From NCBI RefSeq assembly GCF_009914755.1, contig NC_060933.1: a stretch of 64,000 nucleotides of DNA. One strand, written 5' to 3'. The notes below the pieces were generated by a model. It ran no database searches and was not told where the DNA came from. It saw nothing but the letters and a program-made list of their open reading frames with translations. Every line of letters starts with the position of its first letter. Within the stretch, counting starts at the first letter, position 1. The position numbers were made by a program, and so were the translations under genes. This document shows, in pieces, positions 25,445 through 42,190 of this stretch. This stretch comes from the human T2T-CHM13v2.0 reference genome, Homo sapiens.

Positions 25445-27689
25445 ATTTCATTTTTGAAAAGAATTCTGCTTTCTCCAGGGAATTCTTAAAGTGGTGTACA
25501 AGTGATCTGATACAGAAGTTTGTTCTCAAACCTACACAAGCCCCTGCCATTCTCTCATCTTGATTCTGAGAGAGCCCAGACTGCCCTGGCCATAGGAGCT
25601 GAAAATTATATTGAAATCAAAACTCGGCAGTCAGAGAGTTCTTTTACGATCATCCAGATTGTTAGCATTCAATGCCTGGCTCCCCAACTTGCTAGCTGTG
25701 TAAGTTTGGACAACATTCTAGATCTTTCAGTGCCTCAGTTTCCTCATCTGTGAAATGGGGTGATAATGTACCTTTCCCATAGGGCTGTTGTGAGGATGAA
25801 ACGAGGTGGTAAACATACTAAATGTTTAAAACAAAGCTTGGCACATAGTAGACCCTCGAGGGATGTTAGCTTTCCATCCACCCGTTTAGGAAACATGAGT
25901 GAGTGCCAACTGTTGCCAGAGGTATGGGCAGGAGCTGGGTACAGGGAGCTAAATGAGAAGGGCCTCTGCCCTCGAAGAGCTCCCCATCCAGTGGGGTACA
26001 CAGGCCTATGAAAAGTTAGCTCCAAACAGTAGACAGGTGGCTGTGAAACTGGGCCGTGTCCCAAGCAGTCCATCCCATCCCCTCAATTCAGAAGTGAGCA
26101 AACAGAGACCTATGGGGCCCCTGAGCCTAAGGAGCCACAGTGCTTAGCAGCAGAGCTGGGATGGACTCAAAGTGGATTTTCCTGACTGGGCCTCTTCACA
26201 TGAGGGCTTCAAAGGAGGTCGGTGGCTCAGGAGGGCACCTGGCCCATGCTAGGCAAAGGTGCTGGGCTTTGGGTCAGTCTTCCTGCAGTAGGGAAGGGTA
26301 AGATTGGTCATGGGGCCAGGCATGGGCAGCCGCTCTGGCTCCTGGTTAACCAGGTGGGGACTGCAATTCACTGCACGGTCAGGGGCCCAAAGGTAGTGGA
26401 GTCCTTGGCACTTTCAGCCCTAGCAGAAGGCCAGGGATGCCAGCTCGGCTGAGCACAGCCATGCATGGCACTGGACTGGGGCTGGGGGATGGAAGGCAGA
26501 GCCTGTGGGGAATGGGAGAGGTCGCCACTGTTTACCAGATGCTCTGGGGACAGAGGAGCAGACAGGGTCCAGGCTCCGAGGGGGTAGAAACGCAACCACT
26601 GGCAGTCCCCTTTCAGTTCTGTGAAAGGAAAAACACCTTTCTTTTGTCAGAGCTGTCCAAAAGCGGGGAAAAGATTGAGAAAAGAAGCACTGCTCTTTGG
26701 GCATGAGGCCAGGCACTCGACTCTCATAGTATCTCATCCACACAGAGCCCTGGAAGGGGGACACTGGATCCATTTTCAGGATGAGAAGAGTAAGACCCAG
26801 AGAGGGGCACAGCTTGCCCACAGTCACACAGCTGGCGCGTGGTGGAGCTGGGACTCACTCTCATGGTCTTCCTGGCTCCAAAGCCCACGCTTTTCCACTG
26901 AGCCTGGCTCACTTAGCAAGATGGCAGGGTCGGCCTGGGAGGTACAGGGTTCCTACCCCTGACAGTGCCCAAATGGAGCTTCAGGGCTGCCCTGTGGGGA
27001 GGGAGAGTGACAGAGAGTGCAGAGGCATTCACACTTCCCGTGGGTGGGTGCTAGTCTGTGATTCCACTACTTCGAGTGGATGAGGGGCCAGGAGACAGCT
27101 CAGCCATATGCAGGCCAAGTACACACAGTGCAGAGTGTATGTCTCCCTGGCACCTGCCCTTCCTGCATTCTCTCCTTCCTTCCTTCCTTCCTTCCTTCAC
27201 TCACTCATTCATTCAGCAAGCACTTACTTGGATTTATTATGTACCTTGTCTGAAGTCCAGAAGCTCAGGGTAGGGGTTGGGTAAGGGACGGCTGGAATTC
27301 ACAGTTGAATAAAACGTGTTTCTAGCTTTTGAAAACCTCACAACTGGAAAGCGAGAGATGAGATGTGAAAGGCGTCCCTATAGCATGAAGAAGATGTGAT
27401 GAGTGCTAGAGAGGACCCTCAGCCAAGTTCAGTGGGGCTGGGAGAGGAGAAGTGGGAGGGAGGAGGGAATGACTTTGGGTCAGGGAGGAGCGAGGAGGAG
27501 GGCCCAGAGAGGCGATAAGGTCTGAGCTAAAGTTTCCACCTGACCTCATTTGCTGTTTACACATCTGAGCAGGTCGCGGGTGTTCAGGATCCTGCAGTGT
27601 GAAGACACATATTTGCAGAATGCGTCAGAGGCCTTCATGGACAGACGGCCCCCTAGCATCATCTGATAGTCAAGTTTGTTTGTGTTTTC

Positions 27690-27990
27690 TTTTTCCAAAC
27701 ACTTGGTTGCAACCCATTTGTGGGTTGTAAAATCAATTTAGTGTTTATGACCAGCATTGTACAAAATGAGTGGGACAGAGTACAAATGACTTGAACCAAA
27801 TTAGGACTACCAAAGGGCACTGAGCATGATAAGGGTATTGTTTTGTGAAAAGTCATTAAACATGCATGCACAGAAATTTGTTAAACATGCATGTGTGCAC
27901 ACACGCATCTCAACTGGGTCATAATTGTAACTATGAGTCGTGTGTTATATATGTAACACATACAATTGTGACTGGTAGTTAAAAAATTTT
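27690..27990. mobile_element. hAT-Charlie DNA transposon remnant
   Basis: ggttgcaacccatt.gtgggttgtaaaatcaatttagtg...tgaccagcatt motif. Confidence 0.5.
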
Positions 27991-28208
27991 GTCTGGTCCA
28001 ATGTCCTCATTTTACAAAGTAGGGAAAAAGGATTTGTGCAATGCAGAGCATAGAGAGAAGAGCATAGGGTGGGGCACTGGCTTTCTCTTGAGTTCTTTTA
28101 TTTACCCTTGTTGTCTTTCCTCTAAAGCATAGTTAATGTTGACCTTGGTCCTAGAAACTCTGACATCTTCATTATTTTAGGAAATGCCAGAGCCGAGGTC
28201 ACTTGTGC

Positions 28209-29232
28209 CCAGTGGTATGCTGGGAAATGTATCAGAACTGGCTCTTGAAAAAGTATGCATATGTATATATAAGCTTATTATAAATTATACTGATATAATA
28301 CATTTTACATAATTGACAAATAAAACATGTACAATATCTTTATTGCAAATTCCATTCAGCCAATTAATTCTCATAGAGTGCTTTCCTTAATTTCTGCTGA
28401 ATTCATCTGTAGCCAAGCTATGATTGCAATTGCTGAGTAAACATAGTTTCGACATGATTATTGGTTGATATTTTTATTTATGTTAAGGAGTAAGACAAAT
28501 GGGAAACAACAAAGACTAGATGTAAGTCAGGACTTGTTTGTTGATTGTCAGGAGCTACTTTGCTGAGTGGGGTAAACGTTTTTGAATTCTGGAAGAATAT
28601 TTTCTCAATTATTTCTGCTATGCACTCTGTAATAGCTACAAACATGTTTTTAAATCTGCATTATTAACATTTTCTCTGTCACTTTACAGGCAATCTACAA
28701 AACAATAAATCAAGCCCTGATTTTGTAGTGTTTGCCTATTGCCATGATATAAACGCTCCCACCATGGCTGATGTCAAGCGAGGTGATGTCACTGAATATG
28801 GAGTTGGAAAGCGATGCACAACAGCACATCATAACAGTGTTTACATGATACAGATGCAATAGATGTAAATAATCCCAAGAGCATAGATGATAGTAAAAGG
28901 TAGCAAAACAATAGGGAAGTGATGCGTTTTGTTGTTTAGAGACAGGGTCTCACTGTGTTGCCCAGGCTGGTGTCAAACTCCTGGGCTCAAGAAATCGTCC
29001 TGCCTCAGCCTCCCGAGTATCTGGGACTATCGGTGCCCACCACTGTGCCCAGCTTGAAGAGATGAGTTTTGAGTCTTTTTTTATCTTTGTTTTTAGTATA
29101 ACTTATTTAATTATAGGTTTATATAATTTAATTTTTAAAAACAATGGTGGTGCTTCACAACTGGCTTGCAGAATTCCTTAGAGCATGACAATTGGTTCTT
29201 CCAATTTGGCACAAGCCAGCCTCACCACCTCT
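28209..29232 (-). mobile_element. MER63-family hAT-Blackjack element, interrupted by an Alu monomer at ~28930-29055
   Basis: ccagtggtatgctgg terminus; internal aaaacaataaatcaagccctgatt.tgtagtgtttgcc...ctcccaccatggctgat. Confidence 0.75.
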
Positions 29233-31999
29233 ACATCTACCTCAGACCTCCAAGGCAGGATTCTGGGGAATGAACTAGGGGATTCATGGGATTCACAAAG
29301 GCAGGGCAGGGCTGGTGCAGAATCAGACATCCCAAAGTACACATGGCTGCATTGCAGAAGGCATCACATGGATGCACACTCACACGCACTCTGCACACAC
29401 CCCTTCCTCCTTCCCTAACCCACTCTGCACTGAGAAGTGGGAACCGTTTCTTCTGTGCCCACAAGGTGGTCAGCGCCCTGCTCAATGAGCACAATGAGGG
29501 ACCTCAAAAGTCCTGGGCAGCTGATGCTTCTGATCTCTGCTCTCTGGGCCTCAGTTCCCTGGCAGAGAGTCCCATGGAATTAATCACCATTCCCTGAGCC
29601 TGTTTGGCAGGCACTGGACTGGTCTCTGAGGTGAGAGGTGAGTTGGCCACAGCCTGGAAAGCCAGGAAACTCTGGAGCTCCAAGAAGCCACCTGAGTGAG
29701 CCAAGGACTGGGACAGAGGAAGGGGACGTGAAGGGGAGCCTGACTCCCACACTTGCTTCCTCCTGGGTAAATCATCACACCTCGCCTGGCTTCAGTTCCT
29801 CATTTTAAAAAGGGGCTGATACAACCTACCTCGTAAGATTCTAGTAAAGGTTGAGTTAGGTAATATAAAATAGCAGAGTACCTGGGACATAGGGACACAA
29901 TAAAGTGACACCAATCAGTGAAAGCTACTATCATAGGTTTAACTTACTACTACAGAGTGATCATGTTAGGACCAAAAAAAGCAGAAGGATGTGGGAGACG
30001 CCACCCCGCCCCTGCCGGCAAAGACGATCAGTGGCACATGTTGGAGAATGGAGGGAGGAATATAGATAACTGTGTTCTAGATGCAGCATGTAGGTGTATG
30101 TCACTCTTCAGATTGACCCTCATTGTATTTATCCTTTAAAATAAAAATTTAATTGACACATTGTAATTCTACATATTTACGGAACACAATTTGATGTTTT
30201 GGTTTATGCATGTGCTGTACAATGATCAAATCTGGATAGTTAGTATACCTATTGTCTTACACATTTATCATTTATTTATGTTGAGAACATTAAAAACCTC
30301 TGCTTCAGCTATTTTGTAGTATACAATACCTTACTGTTAGCTAGAGTTACCCTACTGTGCAATAGAACACCAGAATTTATTAATCTTATTTAATTATCAC
30401 TTCATACCCATTCACCAACTTCTCCCCATTCTTCCTTCTCCCATTCCCTCCCTGGTTTTTGGTAACTACTGTTCTACTTCTGTATCACCTTTTTAAAAGA
30501 TTCTGCATCTGAGTAAGATCATTTGGTATTTGTCTTTCTGTGTCTGGCTTATTTCACTTAACATAATGTCCTCCGGGCTCGTGCATGTTGTTGCAAATGA
30601 TAGGATTGCATTCTTTTTTATGGCTCAATAGTATTCCACTGTGTATGCACCACAATTTCTTTATCCATTCATTTGTTGTTGAACACATGGGTTGATTCTG
30701 TACCTTGGCTATTGTGAATAGTGCTGCAGTAAACATGGGAGTGCAAATACCTCTTTGATATACTGATTTCATTTTCTTTGGATAAATACCCATACTGGGG
30801 GTTGCTGGATTATATGGTAGTTCTAGTTTCAATTTTTTTGAGGAACTTCTATACTGTTTTCCATAATGGCTGTACTAATTTACATTCCCACCAAAAGTGT
30901 GTAAATGTTGCCTTTTCTTCACATCCTCACCAACACTTGTTTTGTCTTTTTGAATAGCCATTCTAACTGTAGTGAGGTGGTATCTCATTGTGGTTTTGAT
31001 TTGCATTTTCCCTAATGATTAGTGATGTTGAAATTTTTCATGTTGGCCATTTGTATGTCTTCTTTTGAGAAATGGCTATTAAGGTCTTTAGCCCATTTTT
31101 TAGTTGGGTTAAATAACTAGTTGTGCTGTTGAGTTGTTTAAGTTGCTTATATATTCTGGGTATTAACTCCTTGTCAGATAGTTTGCAAATCTTTTATCCC
31201 ATTCTGTAGGTTGTCTTGTCACTCTGTCAGCTCTTTCCTTCACTGCACAAAAGCTTTTTATTTGGTATAATCCCGTTTGTCATTTTTGCTTTTGTTGCCT
31301 GTGCTTTTGAGGGCTTACTTTAAAAATCCTTGCCCAGCCCAAATATCATCAAGCATTTCCCTGATGTTCTCATAGTTTCGTAGTTTTAAGTTTTACATTT
31401 AAGTCTTTAATCCATTTTGATTTGATTTTTGTATGTGGTGAGAGGTAGTGGGGGTGTCTCATTTTTCTGCATGTGGATATCCAATTTTTCCAGCCCCATT
31501 TATTGAAAAGAGTGTCCTTTCCCCAATGTGTGTTCATGGCACCTTTGTGAAAAATCAGTTAGTTGTAGATTTATGAATTCATTTCTGGGCTCTCTGTTCT
31601 GTGCCATTGTTCTACATGCCTCTTTTTATGCCAATACCATGCTGTTTGGGTTAGTATAGCTTTGTATTAATAGTATATTTTAAAGTCAAATAGTGTGATG
31701 CCTCCAGGTTTATTCAGGATTGCTTTGGCTATTTGGAGATTTTTGTGATTCCATATACATGTTAGAATTGTTTTTTACATTTCTGTGAAGAATATTATTG
31801 GTGTTTTGATAGGGATTGCATTAAATCTATAGATTGCTTTGGGTATTTTATAGCTATTTTAACAACATTAATTCTTTCAGTGTATGAACATGGACCATCT
31901 TTCTATTTATTTGTGTCCTCTTTAATTTCTTTTATCAATGTTTTATAGTTTCCAGTGTAGAGATCTTTCACCTCTTTGGTTAAGTTTATTCCTAGGGGG

Positions 32000-32182
32000 T
32001 TTTTTGTTTGTTTGTTTTTTCTTTCTTTCTTTTTTCCTTCCTTCCGTTCCTTCCCTCCCTCCCTCCATCCATCAGTCCCTCCCTTCTTCCCTCTCTCCCT
32101 CCCTCCCTCCCTTCCCTCCCTCCCTCACTCCCTCCCTTCCCTCCCTCCCCCCCTCCTTCTTTCCTTCCTTCCTTCCTTCCTT
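32000..32182. repeat. CT-rich low-complexity (TCCC/TTCC)n tract inside the L1
   Basis: Direct reading. Confidence 0.9.
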
Positions 32183-33314
32183 GTATAGCAATGATATTTT
32201 TATATTTTGATTTGGCCTTCTGACACCTTATTGAATTCATTTCCTAGTTCTAATAGTTTTTTGTCAAGTCTTTAAGACTTTCTAGATATAAGATTATGTC
32301 ATCTGCAAATAGAAACGATTTGACTTCCTCATTTCCAATATGAATGCCTTTTATTTTTTTTTCTTGCTTAATTATTCTGGTCAGGACTTCCAGTACTATG
32401 TTGAATAGAAGTGGTGAAAGTGGGCATCCTTGTCTTATTCCTGAACTTAGAGAAAAATCTTTCAGCTTTCCCCCATTCAGTATTATGTTAGCTGTGGGTT
32501 TGTCATACATGGCCTTTATTGGATCGAGGTACATGTATTCTATGCCTACTTTGTTGAGAGTTTTTATTTTGAAGGGATACTGAATTTTGTCAAATGCTTT
32601 TTCAGCATTTAATGAAGTGATCATGTGGTTTTCGTCTTTCTTTCTGTTAATGTGGTGTATCACATGTATTGAAATGCATTTATTGAACTATCTTTGCATC
32701 CCTGGGATGAACCTCACTTGATGATAGTGAATGATATTTTTAATGTGCTATTGAATTTGGTTTGTCAATACCTTGTTGAGAATTTTTGCATCTATGTTTA
32801 TCAGAGATATTGGCCTGTAGTTTTGTTCTATTGTGTGCCCTCATCTGGTTTTGGAATCAGCATAATGCTGGCCTTGTAAAATGCATTTGGAACTATTCCC
32901 CTTTCCTCAATTTTCTGGAATAGTTTGAGAAGAATTGATATTAGCTATTCTTTAAATGTCTGATGGAATTTAGCAGCAGAGCCATTGGCTCAAGGACTTT
33001 TTGTGATGAAAGACTTTTTATTACTGATTCAATTTTCTCACTTGTTTTTCTCTATTCAGGTTTTCTATTTCTTCATAATTTAACCTTCAGGTGTTATATG
33101 TGTCTAGGCATTTATCCTTTTCTTTTATGTTTTCAAATTTGTTTGCTTATAGTTGTGATTCATGAGTCTCTTATGATCCTTTGTATTTCTGTGATGTCAG
33201 TTGTAATGTATCCTTTTTCATCTCTGACTTTATTTGCATCTTCTCTCTTTGTTGTTAGTCTAGCTAAAGGTTTGTTGATTTTATCTTTTCAGAAAAAAGA
33301 ACTCTTTTTTGCTA

Positions 33315-33683
<369 letters not shown>

Positions 33684-34234
33684 TTATTTCTGACCTCGAC
33701 TTTATTACTTACTTATTTCTAACAATTTGGGGTTTGGTTTGTTTCTGTTTTTCTAGTTCCTTGAGGTGTGTCATTAGGTTATTGGAAATCTTTCTTCTTT
33801 TTTGATGTAGGTATTTATGGCTGTACACTTCCCCCTTAGAACTGCTTTTGCTGTGTCCCATTGGTTTTGATACAATGTGTTTCCACTCTTATTTTTCCTC
33901 AATAAATTTTAAAATTCCCTCTTTAATTTCTTCATTGACCTAGTGGTTATTTGGGAGCATGTTGTTTAATTTCCATACATTTGTACTTCTGTTGTAGTGT
34001 TCCTTCTGTTATTGATTTCTAGTTTTTATACCATTGTGGTCAATAAAAAAATTCTTGAAATGATTTCAGCATCTTGCATTTGTTAAGACCTATTCTGTGG
34101 CCTAATACATGATCTATCCTGGAGAATGTTCCATGTGCAGTTGAGAAGAATGTGTATTCTGCAGTGCTGGGTGGAATGTTCTGTACGTCTGTTAAGTCCA
34201 TTTGGACTATGAGCAGTTTAAGTCTGCTGTTTCT

Positions 34235-34445
34235 TGTTTTTTGTTTGTTTGTTGTTGTTTTTTGTTTGTTTGTTTTATAGAGACAGGGCATGTGCCACCG
34301 AGATCAACTAACTTTTAAAAATTTTTATAGAGAAGGAGTCTTGCTATGTTGCCCAGGCTAATCTTGAACTCCTGGCCTCAAGTGATCCTCCTGCATTGGA
34401 CTGCCAAAGCATTGGGATTATAGGCATAAGCCACCATGCCTGGCC
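34235..34445 (-). mobile_element. Partial AluJ inside L1
   Basis: (TTTG)n tail, internally deleted right arm, intact left arm. Confidence 0.75.
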
Positions 34446-36026
34446 TAAGTCTAATGTTTCTTTCATGATTTGCTGTCTAGATGATCTGTCCGTTGTTGAA
34501 AGGGGGATGCTGAAGTACCCTACTGTTATTGTATTAACAATCTGTCTCTCCTTTTAGAGCTAATAATATTCATTTATGTTAGGGTGCTTCATGATATAGT
34601 ATTCATAATATTATATATTCATCATATATTAGGGTGCTTCAGTGTTGAGTGTATATGTATTTACAGTTGTTAATCCACTTGTTGGATTGATTCCTTTGTC
34701 ATTAGATAATGACCTCCTTTGTTGCTTTTTATAGTTTTTTACTTAAAATCTATTTTATCTGATAAAATGTCTAGCTCTTTTATCCTTTCAGGAGTATGAG
34801 TACTCCTGCTCACTTTTGGTATCTGTTTGCATGAAATATCTTTTTCCATTCCTTTACTTTCAGTCTATGCTTGTCTACCAGTGAGGCTAGTCTCTTGTAG
34901 GGAGCATATAGTTGGGTCTTGTTTTTAAATCCATTCAGGAGCTCACTTTAAATTGGAGAATTTAATCCATTTATATTCACGGTTATTATTGATAAGTAGG
35001 ATGTACTCCTGCCATTTGATTGTTTTCTGGCTGTTTGGTAGATTCTTTTTTCTTCCTCTCTTACTGCTTACCTTTGGTTCAGTGGTTTTCTGTGGTATTA
35101 AGCATTGTTTACTTTCTTTTTCTTGTTTGTGTGTCTGTTTTAATTTCTTTTTTTTGTAGTTATTATGGGGCTAACACAGAGTCTTGTAGTTATAATAGAC
35201 AACTTTAAGCTGATAATAATTTAACTTTGGTTGCATAAAAATGCTCCATACTATTGTTCTCCTTCCACAATTTATATTTTCATTGCCTTAATTTATATCT
35301 TTATTGCATGTTCCTTAGCCACTAATTGTAGCTCTTATTGACCATTTTGACTTTTACTTTTCATACTAAAGCAATGAAAGATTTACATAGCACCATTATA
35401 ACACTGGGGTAGTATCAGTTTGATTATGAATGTACCTCTACTGGTTATTGATTTTTAGCTTCCAGTTGCAGCACTCCTTTAAGCATTTCTGGTAAGGCTG
35501 GTCTAGTGGTAATAAATCCCCCCAGTTTTTGCTTGTCTGGGAAGGTCTTTATTTCTCTCTCATTTCTGAAGGATGAGAGTTTTGCTAGATATTGTGTTCT
35601 TGGTTAACAGGGGTTTGGTTTTGTTTTGTTTTTCAGCACTTTGACTATGTCATCCCATTCTCTCCTTGCCTGCAGGGTTTCTGCTGAGAAATCTACAGAG
35701 ATTCTAATGGAGATTCCCTTATATGTGACTGATGCTTTTGTCTTATAGCTTTTAGAATTCTTTCTTTGTCTTTGATTTTTGGCCATTTGATTATAATGTG
35801 CCTCAGAGAGGATCTTTTTGGGTTGAATCTAATTGGGGATCTTTGTGCTTCCTGGATCTAGATGTCCATGTCGCTCCCAAAACTTGTAAACTTTTCAGCT
35901 ATTATTTTGTCAAATAGATTTTCTGTGCCTTTGTTTATCTCTTATCCCTCTGGCATTTCTATAGTACAGCTATTTCTTTGCTTAATGATTTCCCTTAAGT
36001 CTCATTGACTTTCTTCATTCTTTTTT

Positions 36027-38643
<2,617 letters not shown>

Positions 38644-38991
38644 TCATTCTTTTTTATTCTCATTTTCTTTTATTTTTTATTCTCATTTTCTTTTCTGACT
38701 AGGTTATTTCAAAAGACCTGTCTTAAAGTTTCAGAATTCTTTTTCCTCCTTCCTCTTATCCTCCTTTTCCTCCTCTTCCTCCTTCTCCTGTGGTCTGTTG
38801 CCAGCCCCATTCTGCTTCCACTTCTTGTACTATGGGTATTGAGCACATCCTGAGTGCTCTTACAGTCTGGGGCCATGATGGCTGATGCCTTTACTCTGAT
38901 CTAGTCCCAGTTGCTCTCTATCTTTCAGGGTCTTCTGGTAATTTCCATGTCCCTGATAGAGCCCCTTCTTGCTTTCTAGTATGGTTATGCA

Positions 38992-39189
38992 TTCTCTCTC
39001 TCTCTCTTTCTCTTTCTTTCTCCTCCCTTCCTTCCCTTTCTTCCTTCCTTTTTTTCTTCCTTCCTTCCTTTCTTCCTTTCTTTCTTTCTTTCTTTTTTCT
39101 TTCTCTTTCTTTCTTTCCTTCCTTCCTTCTCTTTCTTTCTCTCTCTCTTTCTTTCTTTCTTTCTTTCCTTCCTTCCTTCTTTCTTTCTT
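38992..39189. repeat. 198-nt pure polypyrimidine microsatellite (TC/TTTC/TTCC)
   Basis: No purine between 38992 and 39189. Confidence 0.95.
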
Positions 39190-40559
39190 ATCATTTTGAG
39201 GGTTTTGTATGGGATGAGGAGACTGGTATATATACTCTGTTTACCTCCCTAAAAGCAGAAGTCTGACTTTTACAGTTCTATCACATATCTGACAGTTTGG
39301 GTCTCATCCACCCCCTCCCCACCACTTATCAGATATTTCAGATCCATGGTTAGACATAACTGTGGAGCACTGGCATTTTAAAGACTTACTGGGGAATATG
39401 CCAAGCTTATGGAATCCCCAGAGGAGTCCTCTTCTCTGAGACGTCTGAGGGAACAGTAGGTGCTGTCTAGGGAAAAAAGGTCAGCAGATGGCCGGCTGGC
39501 TGGTGGATGGTGTAGGAGTTGGGAAAAGCATGAACAAAAATGTGGACATATATGATAGAGTGTGTTGTGGTGGCCTTGTGGGGATCAGAGCAGAAAGAAC
39601 AAAGTGTGGTGGGAGTCCCAGAAAGGAGGCATCTCTTTGAAGAGAAGCCGTAACACTACTGCCATGTGTTTTAGACATGAGACAATGACAGTCCTGTTCC
39701 ACAGATAGTGGGGGCTGGAGAGAACAGAGTCTGCAGCCTGTAGTCCAGTAATCTCTCTCCTGCCCCAACAGCCCAGCAGTGGCTCAGGTGTGAGCTGATG
39801 TTTCTTGACCTTGACCAGTGCTAATTTCTTGTGAAGGATGCTTTAGTCTCAGGGCCCCTCACTCACACAGGACCCTTCCAAGGCTCTGGGAGAGTGGGAA
39901 GAACCCTGATTAGGTGTTTACATGGTCATATGTCTCCCTTAAAATATGAAAAAGTAAGACATTTTGTAGTATTGCTTTAAAAACATGCCCAAATTATATA
40001 AGCTTTTAGCCCCACAGAACTGGATTCTGCCCCTAAATGAAGGACTTAGTTTCAGTTAGCAGAGAAGTTGGATAAATAATCAAGCTGAAGAAAAAAGTAT
40101 GAAAGATTATTCCACTTAGGGAAGACACACTACAGGTGAGCAGCCTTGGCTCTCAGAAAGTGAAATTTAAAAAGATCAGATGGTCTTAGCGGATGGTCTT
40201 AGGCCAAACTTCTTGACAGTGATGTTCAAGACTAAAGTGTGAATGACAACAGCAATGACTGATGATATGAATGTGATGTTTTTGGCCATTTTGCAGGACC
40301 AGGCAGTTAAATGGCACTTGTACCAGCTCGGTGGACATGGAGCTCTTCCTTCATTATTCCCTCATCCCATCAGTAAGTAAAGGCAGGGGAAGGGTGAGGA
40401 GGGCAGGAAAGGGCAGCTGGGCTGCTGCCAAACACAGATTCCCAAAGAGACCTGAGTAGATCAGAGGAAAGAGATCAGCTGAGTTTCCTTCTAAAATGTC
40501 TTACATTATATACCAAAAATATGGCAGAAGAAGGCTTTGTGGGCCCGAGAATCAGGCAT

Positions 40560-42190
40560 ATGGACTTTTAGGAGAGTGAAACAGGCTTTTCCAATGAAGT
40601 AATGATGGCTCTGAGGTCAGTTGGAAGATGTAGTTAAGGATATTGCAGACAGAAGGGGAGAGCACATGCAGAGGCTCTGGGGAGGGAGGGAGAAGGCAGA
40701 GTGGGAAGAGCTGAGAAGTTCAGCCATGGCTGGAGTGAGGAATTGAGGCAGAGAGGTCTGGGGAGGTGGGCGGGGCAGGCCAGGCAGAGCCCTTTGGGGC
40801 TCTGTGTTTAGTTTTGCCTTCATTCTAAGTACAGTAGGAAATAATGGAAGTGTTTCCAGCATGAAGATGGTGTGATCAGATTTATGTTTTTAAATGATCT
40901 CTCTGGTTGCAATGCGGAGATCGAGTTGGAGGTGGGCAAGAGATGAGGCAGGAAGACCAACTGGGAGACTTGCAGGGATCCAGGTGAGACGTGATTTTAT
41001 CACATCCTAGATGATGATGTCAACTCCAGAAGTTCAGGAGGTGAAAACAATAGGACTTGTAATGGGCTGGATAGGAAGGTTAGGGAGAGGGGCAGGTTGA
41101 GGATGACTTAGGTTTCTAACTTGCACAATGAAAGGATGATGGTAGCTGTCATTTACTCATTAAGGAACATTAGAAGAGATCCAGGTTTGGGGCAGATATA
41201 AGACATACTTGGCCAGGCAAAGTGGCTCCTGCCTGTAATCCCAGCACTTTGGGAGGCCGAGGCAGGTAGATCACTTGAGTCTAGGAGTTTGAGAACAGGA
41301 TGGGCAACATGGCAAAACCTCATCTCTACAAAAATTAGCTGGGGGTGGTGGCATGTGCCTGTGGTCCCAGCTACCCAGGAGGCTGAGGTGGGAGGATCAG
41401 CTGAGCCTGGGAATTTGAGTCTGCAGTCAGCCGTGGTTGTGCTACTGCACTCCAGCGTGGGTGACAAAGTGAGACGCTGTCTCAAATAAAAAGATGCATA
41501 CTGAAGCTTTTGATACAAGCTTTGAGAAGCTTTCAATACATTAAAAAGAAATATCAACTGTGTAGTTGGCTAAATAGTTTTGGAGCTTATGGACAAGGTC
41601 GGGGCTGGAGATTCAAATTTAAGTCTTCTGCGTATTTATGGTTATTAAAACATGGACATGAGGCTAGGCACAATGGCTCACACCTGTAATCCCAGTGCTT
41701 TGGGAGGCCAGGGTGGAAGGATCACCTGAGGCCAGGACTTTGAGACCGTCCTGGGCGACATAAATGAGATCACCAAGAGAAGACCAGGTAAGATGAGTAG
41801 CCCTTGGACTGAGCTATAAGGAACTCTGCAGCAAGGGCTGGGGTAAAGAGTGATCCAGCAGAGAATGCTGAGGAATAATGGGGAAAAATCAAGAAAACAT
41901 GGTTGTAATGAAGGCCTAGGGAAGAGAGTACTCAAAGAAGAGGGAATGGTCAACATTGTAGAATGCTGCTGGGAGATGAAGCTAGATTTGGACTTCAAGT
42001 ATACACGGGACCAAGCCACAAAACAGTCATCAGTGACTTTGGCCATAGCTGTTTCAGCAGAGTGATGAGGGTAGAAGCCAGGTTCGGGGGTTGAGGAGCC
42101 AGTGAGAGGTGAGGGAATGGAGACACAAGTGTAGACAATTCTCAAGAAGTTTCTGATAAAGGCAGGAGAGAGAAAGAGCATCAAGTTTGT
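40560..42190 (+). mobile_element. L2 fragments interrupted by AluJ (41211-41492) and an Alu monomer (~41661-41770)
   Basis: L2 motifs tgatcagatttatgtttttaaatgatctctctggttgc and gtgactttggccatagctgtttcagcagagtgatgagggtagaagccag. Confidence 0.7.
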
